This document shows positions 17,799 to 27,948 of a stretch of DNA of 64,000 nucleotides, piece after piece. The notes under the pieces were generated by a model. That model was not told the origin of the DNA and made no database searches. It worked only from the letters and a program-made list of their open reading frames with translations. The first letter of the stretch is position 1, and every line of letters begins with the position of its first letter. Origin of the DNA: a virus; UHGV virus genome UHGV-1332848; one strand, given 5' to 3'. The position numbers and the translations under genes are program-made.

Positions 17799-17972
17799 AT
17801 GAATGAAGAAATCTTAAAACTATTAGAAATAATAAAGATATTTAACTTTCATGGAGTGCTAGAAGATGAATTTAATGCTTTTGCTGAAGAGTTTAAAGAT
17901 AAAGAAGTAGTAACAATCAAAGAATTAATAGAGACTTGTGAAACAGAAATGAGTTGCTGGGAAACAGATTAA
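17799..17972 (+). CDS. small hypothetical protein
   Basis: 57-aa ORF, RBS AAAGGGGTGG. Not in track. Confidence 0.45.
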   Translation: MNEEILKLLEIIKIFNFHGVLEDEFNAFAEEFKDKEVVTIKELIETCETEMSCWETD

Positions 17973-18089
17973 AAAAATAATTAAATTCACAATTTTATAA
18001 AGTTTCAAATTGGATTAATAGTTACTCAGAGAAGTGATATCCATCATATAATAATTATTTAAAAATATAAGAAAAAGAGGAGAGATTTT

Positions 18090-19169
18090 ATGGCAAAAGA
18101 AAGAGTTTTTGACTTACCAGAAACTAAAGGGGAATTTAAAGCAAGAGGATTAGTAACAGGGACATCAAAGGATAAATACTTAAAATTAAAACAAGGGGAT
18201 GATAAAAAACTTAGAAAGTTTCTTCACTTTGGATTAAAGATAAAAGAGGATGGTTCATCAGTATATTGTGACTTACAAGGTAATGAAAAAGATTTTGTTT
18301 ATTTTTACAAAAAGGGAGATAAAAAAACTGGTACTAAAGGGGTAAGCCAAAAGGTTAACTTTAATACAAGAGATAAGTTTAAAGAAGAAGGATTTGAACC
18401 AATAGGGGTAAAGGTTGGTATAGAACAATACATAGATGGTAAAGGTGCTTTAAAAAATAAAAATATTCCAATGTTTGAATTTGATGCAGTAGATTATCTG
18501 AAAGCAAACTTAACAGAAGAAATGCCTGTGTTTATTAGAGGTAAAATGGAGTTTAGTAGTTTTATAAATGGAACAACAGGTGATAAAGTTAGAATGCAAA
18601 AGTTTGTTCCAACTCAAATAAGTGGAGTTACAACAGACTTAAAAATGTCTGATGAAAACTATGCACCAGTTAATGACTTTATCCAAACAATAGTTTTTAT
18701 GGGGTTAGAATTAGATGAAACAAGCAAAGAAGATAAGAAGGGCATTTTATCTGCTAAAGTAATTAACTATTCCACAATAGAAGATGTTGAATTTATAATA
18801 AGAGATCAAAAAATATTCAAGACATTTAAAAAGAATTTAAAGCCATACAATGCTATAAAGGTCTTTGGTAAAATACATAATAAGGTTGAAAAAGAAGAAG
18901 TTGAAGATGATGGATGGGGAAGTTCTAATAATTCATTTGAGCAAAAGAACAATTCATTTACAAAGGAGCTATTAATACTTGGTGCTGATCCAGATACATT
19001 AGACAAAGAAACTTATACAAAAGAAAATATTGAAGAAGCTTTAGAAAAAATAAAATCAAGTAGAAAAGCAAGAGAAGATTTTGGTTCAAAAAATAATGAA
19101 GAAGGAAATGATTGGGGTACAAGTTCAAGTGATTCAAGTTCAGATGATGAGTTTGATAACTGGGATTAA
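18090..19169 (+). CDS. hypothetical protein with acidic C-terminal tail (possible ssDNA-binding/recombination accessory protein)
   Basis: 359 aa. C-terminus 'DWGTSSSDSSSDDEFDNWD' resembles the acidic tails of SSB-type proteins. Sits at the head of the replication module. RBS AGAGGAGAG. Confidence 0.35.
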   Translation: MAKERVFDLPETKGEFKARGLVTGTSKDKYLKLKQGDDKKLRKFLHFGLKIKEDGSSVYCDLQGNEKDFVYFYKKGDKKTGTKGVSQKVNFNTRDKFKEEGFEPIGVKVGIEQYIDGKGALKNKNIPMFEFDAVDYLKANLTEEMPVFIRGKMEFSSFINGTTGDKVRMQKFVPTQISGVTTDLKMSDENYAPVNDFIQTIVFMGLELDETSKEDKKGILSAKVINYSTIEDVEFIIRDQKIFKTFKKNLKPYNAIKVFGKIHNKVEKEEVEDDGWGSSNNSFEQKNNSFTKELLILGADPDTLDKETYTKENIEEALEKIKSSRKAREDFGSKNNEEGNDWGTSSSDSSSDDEFDNWD

Positions 19170-19214
19170 TAATTAATTAAAAGAAAATTAGAATTAAAAG
19201 GAGAGATTTGAAGT

Positions 19215-20372
19215 ATGGCAAAAGCAAGAAAAGGAAGTTCAATTCAAAAAACAATATCAATATTAGCTTATGGTGAAAAGGGTACATGGAAAAGTTCATT
19301 AGGCTGTGAAGCTTTAGCACTTAAAAGGTATGATGGCAAGGATATGAGAGTTCTTATAATAGATTCAGAATTTGGTGGTGTGGATTCAGCACTTGAGATG
19401 AAAGCTGAAAAGTATGGCTTTAATCCTGATAATGCTTGGGTAGTATATACAGAAAGTTATTCAGAAATTCTATCCTTATTAGATAAGGTTAAAAACAGAG
19501 AATGTTTCTATATGTATGATGAAGAAGGAAATGAAACAGAAGAAGTTGTTCTTGATGCAGATGGAGAAGAATTCCACCCTGATTTTATAGTACTAGATGG
19601 GACGACAGTCGTGTATAATGCTTCATCAATAGCTAAAGTTAAATTCTCTGAAAGAAGAGCAAAAGTTAAAGCAAAATTGGCTGATAAAAATGCTGAGGAA
19701 ACTTTAGTTGCAGTACAAGGTGCAGATTTAGAGTTTAAGGATTATAAAAAACTAAATGTTGAAATGTCACAAGAGTTAATATTGAAACTTATTTCAACAG
19801 GAGTTCATCATTACATAACTGCAAGAGAAACAGATGAAAAGCAAAAAACAACTGTATTAGATCCAATAACAGGTAAAAATAAAACTGAAAATGTTCCAAC
19901 TGGCAAGAAGATACCAGAAGGTTTTAAAGATATGGAATATAACGTGGGTACTGTTATAAGATTGTTTGTAAATGAATTTGGTCAAGTTAATGCAGAAGTT
20001 ATAAATAAAGATAGAACAGGTGTGCATGAGCCTAATTCAATAATAGAAGAACCAACACTATTAGCTTATCAATCAGTAATTGATGGAAACAAAGGGAAGG
20101 CTAGAGTTGACGTAAATCCAACATTTAAAGAATCAATAGACAAAGAGTTTGAAAAAGAACTAGAAGCAAATAATGTTGCAATTCAAAATACTAAAAATGA
20201 AATGACTCCGACAGATTATCATAATGAAATTAAAGCTGTTTTAGGTTCAATGGTGGCTTCAAAGAAAAAGATGGTAGGTGCAAAACTTAAAGAAAAAGGA
20301 TACACACCTAAGTACAGTGAAATGACAGATGTTGAACAACTAAAAGAGTATTTAGAAATATTAAAAGCTTAG
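19215..20372 (+). CDS. hypothetical protein, degenerate P-loop (possible RecA-fold/Sak4-like ATPase)
   Basis: 'ILAYGEKGTWKSS' resembles a Walker A. 385 aa. RBS AAAGGAGAG. Confidence 0.3.
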   Translation: MAKARKGSSIQKTISILAYGEKGTWKSSLGCEALALKRYDGKDMRVLIIDSEFGGVDSALEMKAEKYGFNPDNAWVVYTESYSEILSLLDKVKNRECFYMYDEEGNETEEVVLDADGEEFHPDFIVLDGTTVVYNASSIAKVKFSERRAKVKAKLADKNAEETLVAVQGADLEFKDYKKLNVEMSQELILKLISTGVHHYITARETDEKQKTTVLDPITGKNKTENVPTGKKIPEGFKDMEYNVGTVIRLFVNEFGQVNAEVINKDRTGVHEPNSIIEEPTLLAYQSVIDGNKGKARVDVNPTFKESIDKEFEKELEANNVAIQNTKNEMTPTDYHNEIKAVLGSMVASKKKMVGAKLKEKGYTPKYSEMTDVEQLKEYLEILKA

Positions 20373-20375
20373 TTT

Positions 20376-20405
20376 ATAGGGGGAGTTTTCTCCCCTATTT
20401 TCTTA
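20376..20405 (+). terminator. rho-independent terminator (ATAGGGGGA-GTTTTC-TCCCCTAT + T-run)
   Basis: Stem 20376-20384/20391-20398 followed by TTTTCTT. Confidence 0.6.
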
Positions 20406-20413
20406 AAGGAGAG

Positions 20414-21118
20414 ATGGTTATGGCACTTAGAACAAATAGAAAGTGTACTGTTTGTGAAAAAGTTTTTAACATATTGGAGAAGGATTATGTTTTTTTTAGA
20501 GGTGGGTTAGCAGAGGTAGATTGCTATAGGAATTATAAAATAAGTAAAGGAAAGACAGAAGAGTTAGTTGATTTAGAAATTGAAGAAATGTTAGATGTGG
20601 CTAGAAAAGATAAAGATGAAAGAATACAAAAGGATATAGATATAGCAAGAAATAAAGCAAGAGCAAAAAGTAAAGAACTAAATAGAAGAAAGAATTTAGA
20701 TAACTTAATAAGGTATCTAACAAGTGTTTATAACGTAACATATTATCCTAGTTTCTTTTATAAAAAGTTAGCAGAAATAAATAGTGGTAATCATAAGGGG
20801 ATGACAAGTGGAATACCTTATGATGATTTATTGGATATGTTTAAAAAGAAACAGGGATACTTAGATAAAGTTGCATTTAATAATAACAAGATAGGTAAAG
20901 TAATGAGTGGGTTATCAAGAATAAATTATGATTTAGCAATACTTATAAATAAATATGATGAATATTTAAGTTGGAAGAATAAACAAAAGGTAATAGAAAA
21001 TTCAAATCAAATTCAAAAAGAAGATAAAGATAAGATTTATATAGATTACAAAGAGATTAGACATACAAATGAAAATGTTGGTTTAGATGTCTCTGATATA
21101 TTAAATGATATTTTTTAG
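20414..21118 (+). CDS. hypothetical protein
   Basis: 234-aa ORF, RBS AAGGAGAG. Confidence 0.5.
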   Translation: MVMALRTNRKCTVCEKVFNILEKDYVFFRGGLAEVDCYRNYKISKGKTEELVDLEIEEMLDVARKDKDERIQKDIDIARNKARAKSKELNRRKNLDNLIRYLTSVYNVTYYPSFFYKKLAEINSGNHKGMTSGIPYDDLLDMFKKKQGYLDKVAFNNNKIGKVMSGLSRINYDLAILINKYDEYLSWKNKQKVIENSNQIQKEDKDKIYIDYKEIRHTNENVGLDVSDILNDIF

Positions 21119-21129
21119 GAGGTGTTAGG

Positions 21130-22653
21130 TTGGAAGAATTAAATATATATAATATTCAAAATGAAATATTGACTGTAGGGTGTATATATAAAAACTCAAA
21201 CCTATATGTAGAACATGGAAAAATTATAAAAGCTCAATATGATTTTTATGATGAAGTAACTAGGTTTTACTATAACAGTTTTGAGATTATGTATAAAACA
21301 TTTACTCAAACTATAACTGAAAATTCCATTAACACTTTTATGAGTCAAGATATGGAAAGGTTAAAAACTTACAGGAAGTATGGTGGATATAAAACATTAA
21401 AAAAATGGATGGATTTAGCCAATATAGATGATATTAGAAACTATTTAGAAATAGTCAAAAAGTATTCTTTATTAAGAGAATACAACACTAGAGGTTATAA
21501 TGTGGCTAAAATAATGAATCATCCTAAGTTTGAACTATTTAAAGCCAATGACATTTACAAAATAATTAGAGCAGGTGCAGACAAAGTTAGCACAACTATA
21601 ATGGCTGAAAATGAAAGTGTTATTGTTAGTAAGGGAAATCAAGAATTAGTAAAGAAAATGCTTATTAAACCTCAGATGGGGTTAGAGATACCATTTGCCT
21701 TACTAAATGAAATGTTTAGAGGTTTTAGGCTAGGCAAAATAATGGCACTAGGCTTTCTTTCAAATGAAGGTAAAACTAGACTTGCTACCTTAATAGCTTG
21801 TTTTATAGCTTTCTGCAAGGGTGAAAAGGTATATTTAATGGCAAATGAAACAGATGAGGAAGATATTAGGGCTTGTATTTTGACTACAGTAATTAATAAT
21901 GATTATTTTAAGGAGATGCATGGTGTAGATATAAATAAACAAGAGAGAGAAATAGTTTTAGGTTTATATAGAGATGATGAAGGTAATTTAATTCAAAGGA
22001 AGGTTGATGACTTTGGAGACTTTGAAGAATCAGAAGAAGAGTTTATCAATAGAGTTCAAAATACTTCTAGGGCGTATAGAAATGTGCTAAAGGTAGCTAA
22101 ATGGATAGACAATCAGGAAAATAAGACAATATTCTTTCAAAGATTTACTGACTATAGTGATGAAAATTTAGAATTTGAAATAAGAAAAATGCACATAGCA
22201 CATGGAGTAAAATATTTTATATATGATACTTTAAAGGGCTATAAAGATGATAGTTGGACTGTCATAAAGCAAACTACAACAATGCTAAGCGATATAGCTA
22301 GTGAGTTAAAAATATGCTTATGGGCAGATATACAGTTAACTGATGATTCAGTTTATACAGATATATTTGGTTTTTCATCAAACAATATAGCAAATGCAAA
22401 ACAACTTAAACACGTATTGGATCATCTAATATTAGGTAAAAGGTTATCCAAAGAAGAATATTGTAAGTATAAGATAGTTTTAAGTGATAATGAGTGGGGA
22501 TTAAAAGAAAAGGAATTAGATTTAGGGAAAACATATTACTGTTTAAAAGTAGATAAAAATCGAAGTGGAAGCAAGGATAAAATTCCTGTTTTAGAAGTTG
22601 ATTTAGATTTAAATGTATGGAAAGAGTTGGGATATTTAATTAAAAATAAGTAG
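21130..22653 (+). CDS. DnaB-like replicative DNA helicase (RecA-fold C-terminal domain)
   Basis: 'LGFLSNEGKTRLA' Walker A-like (cf. DnaB RPSMGKT). 507 aa. Position immediately upstream of primase, as in SPbeta yorI-yorJ. Confidence 0.5.
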   Translation: MEELNIYNIQNEILTVGCIYKNSNLYVEHGKIIKAQYDFYDEVTRFYYNSFEIMYKTFTQTITENSINTFMSQDMERLKTYRKYGGYKTLKKWMDLANIDDIRNYLEIVKKYSLLREYNTRGYNVAKIMNHPKFELFKANDIYKIIRAGADKVSTTIMAENESVIVSKGNQELVKKMLIKPQMGLEIPFALLNEMFRGFRLGKIMALGFLSNEGKTRLATLIACFIAFCKGEKVYLMANETDEEDIRACILTTVINNDYFKEMHGVDINKQEREIVLGLYRDDEGNLIQRKVDDFGDFEESEEEFINRVQNTSRAYRNVLKVAKWIDNQENKTIFFQRFTDYSDENLEFEIRKMHIAHGVKYFIYDTLKGYKDDSWTVIKQTTTMLSDIASELKICLWADIQLTDDSVYTDIFGFSSNNIANAKQLKHVLDHLILGKRLSKEEYCKYKIVLSDNEWGLKEKELDLGKTYYCLKVDKNRSGSKDKIPVLEVDLDLNVWKELGYLIKNK

Positions 22654-22664
22654 GTGATATTTTA

Positions 22665-23723
22665 GTGTTATCTAAAGAAATGATAAAAGAATACATAATT
22701 GTTAATGAAAAAGTAGAAGAAATTTTAAAAGAATTAAATTGTAAAGGTGTAAAACCACATGATAACACAAGATATTACACAGGTGGTTTTCCTGATAGTG
22801 ATGGGAATACTAGCTTTGCTTTATTCTCAGACAGTCTTTATGTAGATAGCTATACAAGAAATATTAAAGATCAATATGGTAATTCTGATATATTCAGTTT
22901 GGTAATGTTTATTAAAGATATGTATTTTAGTAACGCTTTAAATTGGATATGTCAAATATTAGGTTTAGATTACTATGATGACTCTACAGAAGAGATACCA
23001 TTAAGTTTACAGTTAACTAATCTAATTTTTGATATGAACAATGGGTTAGATGAAAATGAAGAAAATGAAATGTTAAAACCTATAAATGAGAATATATTAA
23101 AAACTTACTACAAGGGTGGCAATGATTTATTTATAAATGATGGGGTTAGTTTAGCCACACAAAGAGAATTTGAAATAGGTTTTGATTTAGATAGTGGAAG
23201 AATAACAATACCAATAAGAGATGAATTAGGAACTTTGGTTGGAGTAAAAGGTAGACTGTTTAATAAAAGTGATATAGGAGAGAAATACATATATTTAGAA
23301 AGATGTTCAAAATCTAAAATACTTTATGGATTATATAAAACAATTGAATATATAAGGCAAAAAGGTATATGTATAGTAGTTGAGTCTGAAAAAAGTGTTT
23401 TAGTTTTATGGGAGCAAGGAATTAGAAATGTAGTTGCAATAGGGGGGCATTCGCTTTCTAAAATTCAAGTTGAAAAGATAACTAGGTTAGGAGTAAAAGA
23501 GGTAGTTCTTTGTTATGACTCAGACGTTGCAAGACTTGAAGATGGCAAGATAGACAAAAAAGAGTATTTAGAGGAAGCAAATAAGTTTATAGAAGAAGTT
23601 AAGGTTTCAGCTATGGTTGATATAAAAGGAGATATATTAAAAGAAAAAGAATCGCCAGTGGATAGATTTGAAAATTTCATAAAAATGTATGATGAAAGGA
23701 AGGTTTTACAGGTTGGTAAATAA
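22665..23723 (+). CDS. DNA primase (Toprim domain)
   Basis: 'IVVESEKSVLVLWEQG' (Toprim Glu) and 'VVLCYDSDVA' (DxD). Confidence 0.65.
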   Translation: MLSKEMIKEYIIVNEKVEEILKELNCKGVKPHDNTRYYTGGFPDSDGNTSFALFSDSLYVDSYTRNIKDQYGNSDIFSLVMFIKDMYFSNALNWICQILGLDYYDDSTEEIPLSLQLTNLIFDMNNGLDENEENEMLKPINENILKTYYKGGNDLFINDGVSLATQREFEIGFDLDSGRITIPIRDELGTLVGVKGRLFNKSDIGEKYIYLERCSKSKILYGLYKTIEYIRQKGICIVVESEKSVLVLWEQGIRNVVAIGGHSLSKIQVEKITRLGVKEVVLCYDSDVARLEDGKIDKKEYLEEANKFIEEVKVSAMVDIKGDILKEKESPVDRFENFIKMYDERKVLQVGK

Positions 23724-24681
23724 GCTTATAGAGGTAAATAAAGATTGTAAAAAGATAAAAGTTAATATAAATGAGTTACCTATAAAAGATAAATTAAGTT
23801 ATTCAAGATTAGATTGTTTTAAAAGTTGTGAATATAAATATAAATTGAAATACATAAATAAGAATTATACAAATGATTCAAGCTTAGCATTAAGGATAGG
23901 TACTATACTCCATTTAGGATTAGAATATAAGTATTTAAAAAAATATAAAAATGAAGAAATATTGGATTTAATTTATAAGGGTTGTATTGAAGAAGGAGAA
24001 GAAGTTATAGGATTAGATAAACTAAAAGATGAATATCCTTTTGAATGGGAAGAAGAAGATAAATTTGGGAGAACATATGATGAAAAAATAGAACTTTATA
24101 AATATAGGCTGTTAGAGGACATAGAAAAGGATTGGGAATGCATAGGTTGTGAAGTTCCATTTGATATTTTATTTGAAAATAAAGCTATAATACATGGATT
24201 TATAGATAGAGTAGATAGACACAAAATTACAGCAGACATAAGAGTTGTTGACTATAAAAGTTCAAAAAAGCCTTATGATAAAAAAGAATTAGCCACTCCT
24301 TTACAGATGTATGTTTATGCCTTAGCTTGTAAAGAAATGTATGGTAAATTTCCTAGTAAGTTTATATATGATATGATTTTAATAGGAGAAAAACAAGAAG
24401 CGATGACTAAAGGTTGGGAGAAAAGAGGATATACAGCTCTTAGTAAATTGATAAACAACTTAATCGTACATAATGAAAATAACAATATTAATATGATACC
24501 TAAACCATCGCCACTTTGCCATTGGTGTAGTTATAGTGAAACTAATCCTAATGCTACAAATGGTAAAGGGCTTTGCGAATACAATCTCTTGTGGACACCT
24601 GATAATAAAGTTTGGAAACAGAATAAAGAGTGGATTGAGGTAGTTGAGGATAATGATGGTTGGGGAGATGAATGGGAATAA
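23689..24681 (+). CDS. PD-(D/E)XK nuclease with C-terminal Cys cluster (Cas4/RecB-like exonuclease, DUF2800-type)
   Basis: 'GFIDRVDR...VVDYKSSKK' (D..D/EXK). C-terminal 'CHWCSY...C' Fe-S/Zn cluster as in Cas4/AddB. Confidence 0.6.
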   Translation: MMKGRFYRLVNKLIEVNKDCKKIKVNINELPIKDKLSYSRLDCFKSCEYKYKLKYINKNYTNDSSLALRIGTILHLGLEYKYLKKYKNEEILDLIYKGCIEEGEEVIGLDKLKDEYPFEWEEEDKFGRTYDEKIELYKYRLLEDIEKDWECIGCEVPFDILFENKAIIHGFIDRVDRHKITADIRVVDYKSSKKPYDKKELATPLQMYVYALACKEMYGKFPSKFIYDMILIGEKQEAMTKGWEKRGYTALSKLINNLIVHNENNNINMIPKPSPLCHWCSYSETNPNATNGKGLCEYNLLWTPDNKVWKQNKEWIEVVEDNDGWGDEWE

Positions 24682-24720
24682 ATATATATAATAATTAATT
24701 AAAAGTGATGAGGTGAAAAT

Positions 24721-27700
24721 ATGATAAACAAGTATGTTCCTTTGCATAACCATGATGAATTCAGCTTATTGGATGGGTTTTCTCATCCTCACGAATATCT
24801 TGATAGAATACTAGAATTAGGACTTAGCTCTTTTGCGATAACAAATCATGGTAATCAGCTTAGTTGGGTTTATTATGCATTGTTACAAAAGGAGGAAAAG
24901 TATAAAGATATTAAAGTTATATATGGAGTTGAGGTTTATGAATGTTTTGATATGTCTGTAAAGGACAAAAACACTAGATATTTTCATTTAGTTTTACTAG
25001 CCAAGAATGAAAATGGTAGAAAGGCTTTAAATAAGATTGTTACAGAAAGTAATTTTAAAGGCTTTTATTATAAACCAAGAGTAGACTTGAATTTGTTAAA
25101 AGAATATGCTGATGATTTGATAGTTTTAACTGCTTGTTTGGCAAGTAAGTTGGCAAGAGAATCAGATTATAAAAAATGTGTAGATTACGTGAATGAATAC
25201 AAAACTATATTTCCACACTTTTATTTAGAAATGCAATCTCACAAGCATAAAGATCAAGAAATGTATAATAAAAAGATATTGCAACTAAGTAAAGATACAA
25301 ATGTAGAATATGTTATAACAACAGACGCTCATTGTGCAAGAAAAGAGGATTTGTACTTCCAAGGAAAACATGTTCAAATAGCTCAAGATAGAGAAACCAT
25401 GTCAGAATCATATGAGGGTTGTTATATACAAAGTATAGATGAAATACATGAAATAATGGATTCACAGGTTGGAATTGATGTTGTTGATAAAGGGCTAAAT
25501 AACACTATGGTAATTAATAACTTAATTGAGAATATTAAAATGCCATTCCAAGAACCTCAACTACCTTCATTTACTTTACCAAGTGGGTTTAAAAACGACA
25601 ACGATTATTTAAGGTTTTTATTAAATGAGGGATGGAAAAAAAGAAAAGTTGATTTTATGAGTGATGAAGATATTGAAATTAGAAAAGAAAGACTTAATTA
25701 TGAATTAAGTGTTATTCATAAAATGAAATTTGATGGCTACTTTATAATAGTTTGGGATATGATAAACTATGCAAAAGAAAATGAGGTAATGGTTGGTGCA
25801 GGTAGAGGAAGTGGAGCAGGTTCATATGTTTGCTACTTACTAGGAATAACTGATGTAGATCCAATAAAATATGGCTTAATATTTGAAAGATTTTTAAATG
25901 AAGAGAGAATAAGTATGCCAGATTTAGATATAGATTTCTCTGACAGAACACCTGTAGTAGACTATCTTGTTAAAAAATATGGAAACGACAGAGTTTGTCA
26001 AGTTATTAACTTTTCTTATATAACTCCACTAAATGCAATAAGAGATTCATTTAGAGTATGTGGAATACATAGTTCAATAGCAAATAAAATATCAAAAAGA
26101 TTTTCATATGAAACATTTGAAGAATGCCTTGAAAAGAATCCAACAATATACGAAGAATATCCTGAATATGAAGAAGCTTTTAATATAGCAAGTAAAATAA
26201 GTGGTAGAGTTAGAGGAATAGGTATTCATGCAGGTGGTTGTGGGATAGTAGACACTACAATAAATGATTATATGGGAATGGTTAGAGGTGGCGATGGAGA
26301 GCAAGTAATACAGGTAGATAAAAGAATAATAGAAAAAATAGGAATAATTAAATTTGATTTACTTGGGGTTAAAACACTAAAACTAGTTCAGGATATAGTA
26401 AAAGATGCAAATATAGATGAATGGGAAATAAATATAAATAATGAGAAATTTGAAACTGATAGAGAAAGTTATGAACTTTTAAGTTTAGCTAACACAAATG
26501 CTGTTTTTCAAGTTGAAAGTAGTGGTATGAAGAATTTATTACTAAGACTTAAACCACAAAATATAGAAGAATTATCAGCAGTTATAGCATTATATAGACC
26601 TGATAGCATGGGTGCATTAGAAGAATTTATAGAATGTAAACATGACTCTTCAAAAATCAAATATATACATGATGATATGAAATCAATATTAGGATTAACA
26701 TATGGTTGCTTAATATATCAAGAGCAATTGTTAGATATTGTTAGAAAGTTTGGGGGAAGAACATACGGTGGAGCTGATTTGTTCCGTAAAGGAATCGGTA
26801 AAAAGGATGTAAAATTAGTTCAGAAAGAATCAGATTTATTATATGGTGAGATAAAAAACAATGGTTATTTAGAAGATACAGCAAAGGAAATTAGTAATGA
26901 TATGAGGAATAAGGGTGGGTACTTATTTAATAAGTCACATTCTTTCTCATATGCAGTATTAGCTTTACAAACAGCTTATTTAAAAAAGCATTATCCGAAA
27001 GAGTTCTACAAGGCATTATTTAATCTAAGAAAAGAAAATAAAGGGAAACTTAATAAATATATAAAAGATGCTATGGATAATGGTGTTAAGGTTCTTCCAC
27101 CTCACATAAATAAGTCAGAAATGGAATTTATAATATACAATGATGTTATTTTATTTGGACTTTCTGCCATATCGGGATTAGGCGAAACAAGTGTTACACC
27201 AATTATTGAAGAACGAAGATTGGGTGGTAAGTATCTGTCATTAAATAATTTTATAGAAAGAACTAATATATCCGAGTCTAATTTAGTCTGCTTAGTAAAA
27301 TCTGGAGCAATACCTTCTAAAAACAAGATGAATACGTTACTAAATTATATTAATTCAAAGATAGTTGCATCTGAATACAAAGAAGTTGCTTCATTACCAA
27401 CGTTATTAAAGATGAATACAGAATGGGATATTGACACAAATTTAATTAAAACCAAAGAGGAGAGACTAAAGGTTTATAATGAGAAAAGAAAAGTAATTCA
27501 TTTAAATAAAGAAAAAGAAAAAAGAGAGAAACAAATAACAGATTTTAAGAACAAACACTTAAATGATCCTGAGATGTGGGAGTTTGAAACATTATCTGTA
27601 TTTTTAACACACAATCCATTTGAAGAAGTAAGTAGGATTTTAACTCCTTTTGATGATGTAGAAAATGACTCAGAAGTTGTTGTGGTTGGAGTGGTTTCAA

Positions 27701-27948
27701 ATGTTGTATTAAAAAAGAATAAAAATAAACAACAGTTTTGTTATTTCACTTTGGCTACTGGATTTGGATTAGTAGAAATAGGTTGTTGGAGTAAACAATA
27801 TTCTTTATATTCAGATTTAATAAAAAAGGGTAAAAGATTGGCAGTTCTTTGTAATAAAAGTGAAGATAAATATTCTGTTAAAGACTTAAAACAATATAGT
27901 AAATGGCTAGAAGATATGAAAAATAAATTAAAGGAAGTGGTCAATTGA
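24721..27948 (+). CDS. DNA polymerase III alpha subunit (PHP + polymerase core)
   Basis: N-terminal PHP 'LHNHDEFSLLDG'. Catalytic 'MPDLDIDFSDRT'. 1075 aa. RBS GAGGTG. Confidence 0.9.
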   Translation: MINKYVPLHNHDEFSLLDGFSHPHEYLDRILELGLSSFAITNHGNQLSWVYYALLQKEEKYKDIKVIYGVEVYECFDMSVKDKNTRYFHLVLLAKNENGRKALNKIVTESNFKGFYYKPRVDLNLLKEYADDLIVLTACLASKLARESDYKKCVDYVNEYKTIFPHFYLEMQSHKHKDQEMYNKKILQLSKDTNVEYVITTDAHCARKEDLYFQGKHVQIAQDRETMSESYEGCYIQSIDEIHEIMDSQVGIDVVDKGLNNTMVINNLIENIKMPFQEPQLPSFTLPSGFKNDNDYLRFLLNEGWKKRKVDFMSDEDIEIRKERLNYELSVIHKMKFDGYFIIVWDMINYAKENEVMVGAGRGSGAGSYVCYLLGITDVDPIKYGLIFERFLNEERISMPDLDIDFSDRTPVVDYLVKKYGNDRVCQVINFSYITPLNAIRDSFRVCGIHSSIANKISKRFSYETFEECLEKNPTIYEEYPEYEEAFNIASKISGRVRGIGIHAGGCGIVDTTINDYMGMVRGGDGEQVIQVDKRIIEKIGIIKFDLLGVKTLKLVQDIVKDANIDEWEININNEKFETDRESYELLSLANTNAVFQVESSGMKNLLLRLKPQNIEELSAVIALYRPDSMGALEEFIECKHDSSKIKYIHDDMKSILGLTYGCLIYQEQLLDIVRKFGGRTYGGADLFRKGIGKKDVKLVQKESDLLYGEIKNNGYLEDTAKEISNDMRNKGGYLFNKSHSFSYAVLALQTAYLKKHYPKEFYKALFNLRKENKGKLNKYIKDAMDNGVKVLPPHINKSEMEFIIYNDVILFGLSAISGLGETSVTPIIEERRLGGKYLSLNNFIERTNISESNLVCLVKSGAIPSKNKMNTLLNYINSKIVASEYKEVASLPTLLKMNTEWDIDTNLIKTKEERLKVYNEKRKVIHLNKEKEKREKQITDFKNKHLNDPEMWEFETLSVFLTHNPFEEVSRILTPFDDVENDSEVVVVGVVSNVVLKKNKNKQQFCYFTLATGFGLVEIGCWSKQYSLYSDLIKKGKRLAVLCNKSEDKYSVKDLKQYSKWLEDMKNKLKEVVN

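Noticed and set aside
23689-24681. Cas4-like nuclease as a CRISPR adaptation gene for the TnpB-like locus
   Set aside because: It lies 10 kb away inside the replication module between primase and polymerase. That is the usual position of phage DUF2800/Cas4-like recombination exonucleases. No Cas1/Cas2 is present.
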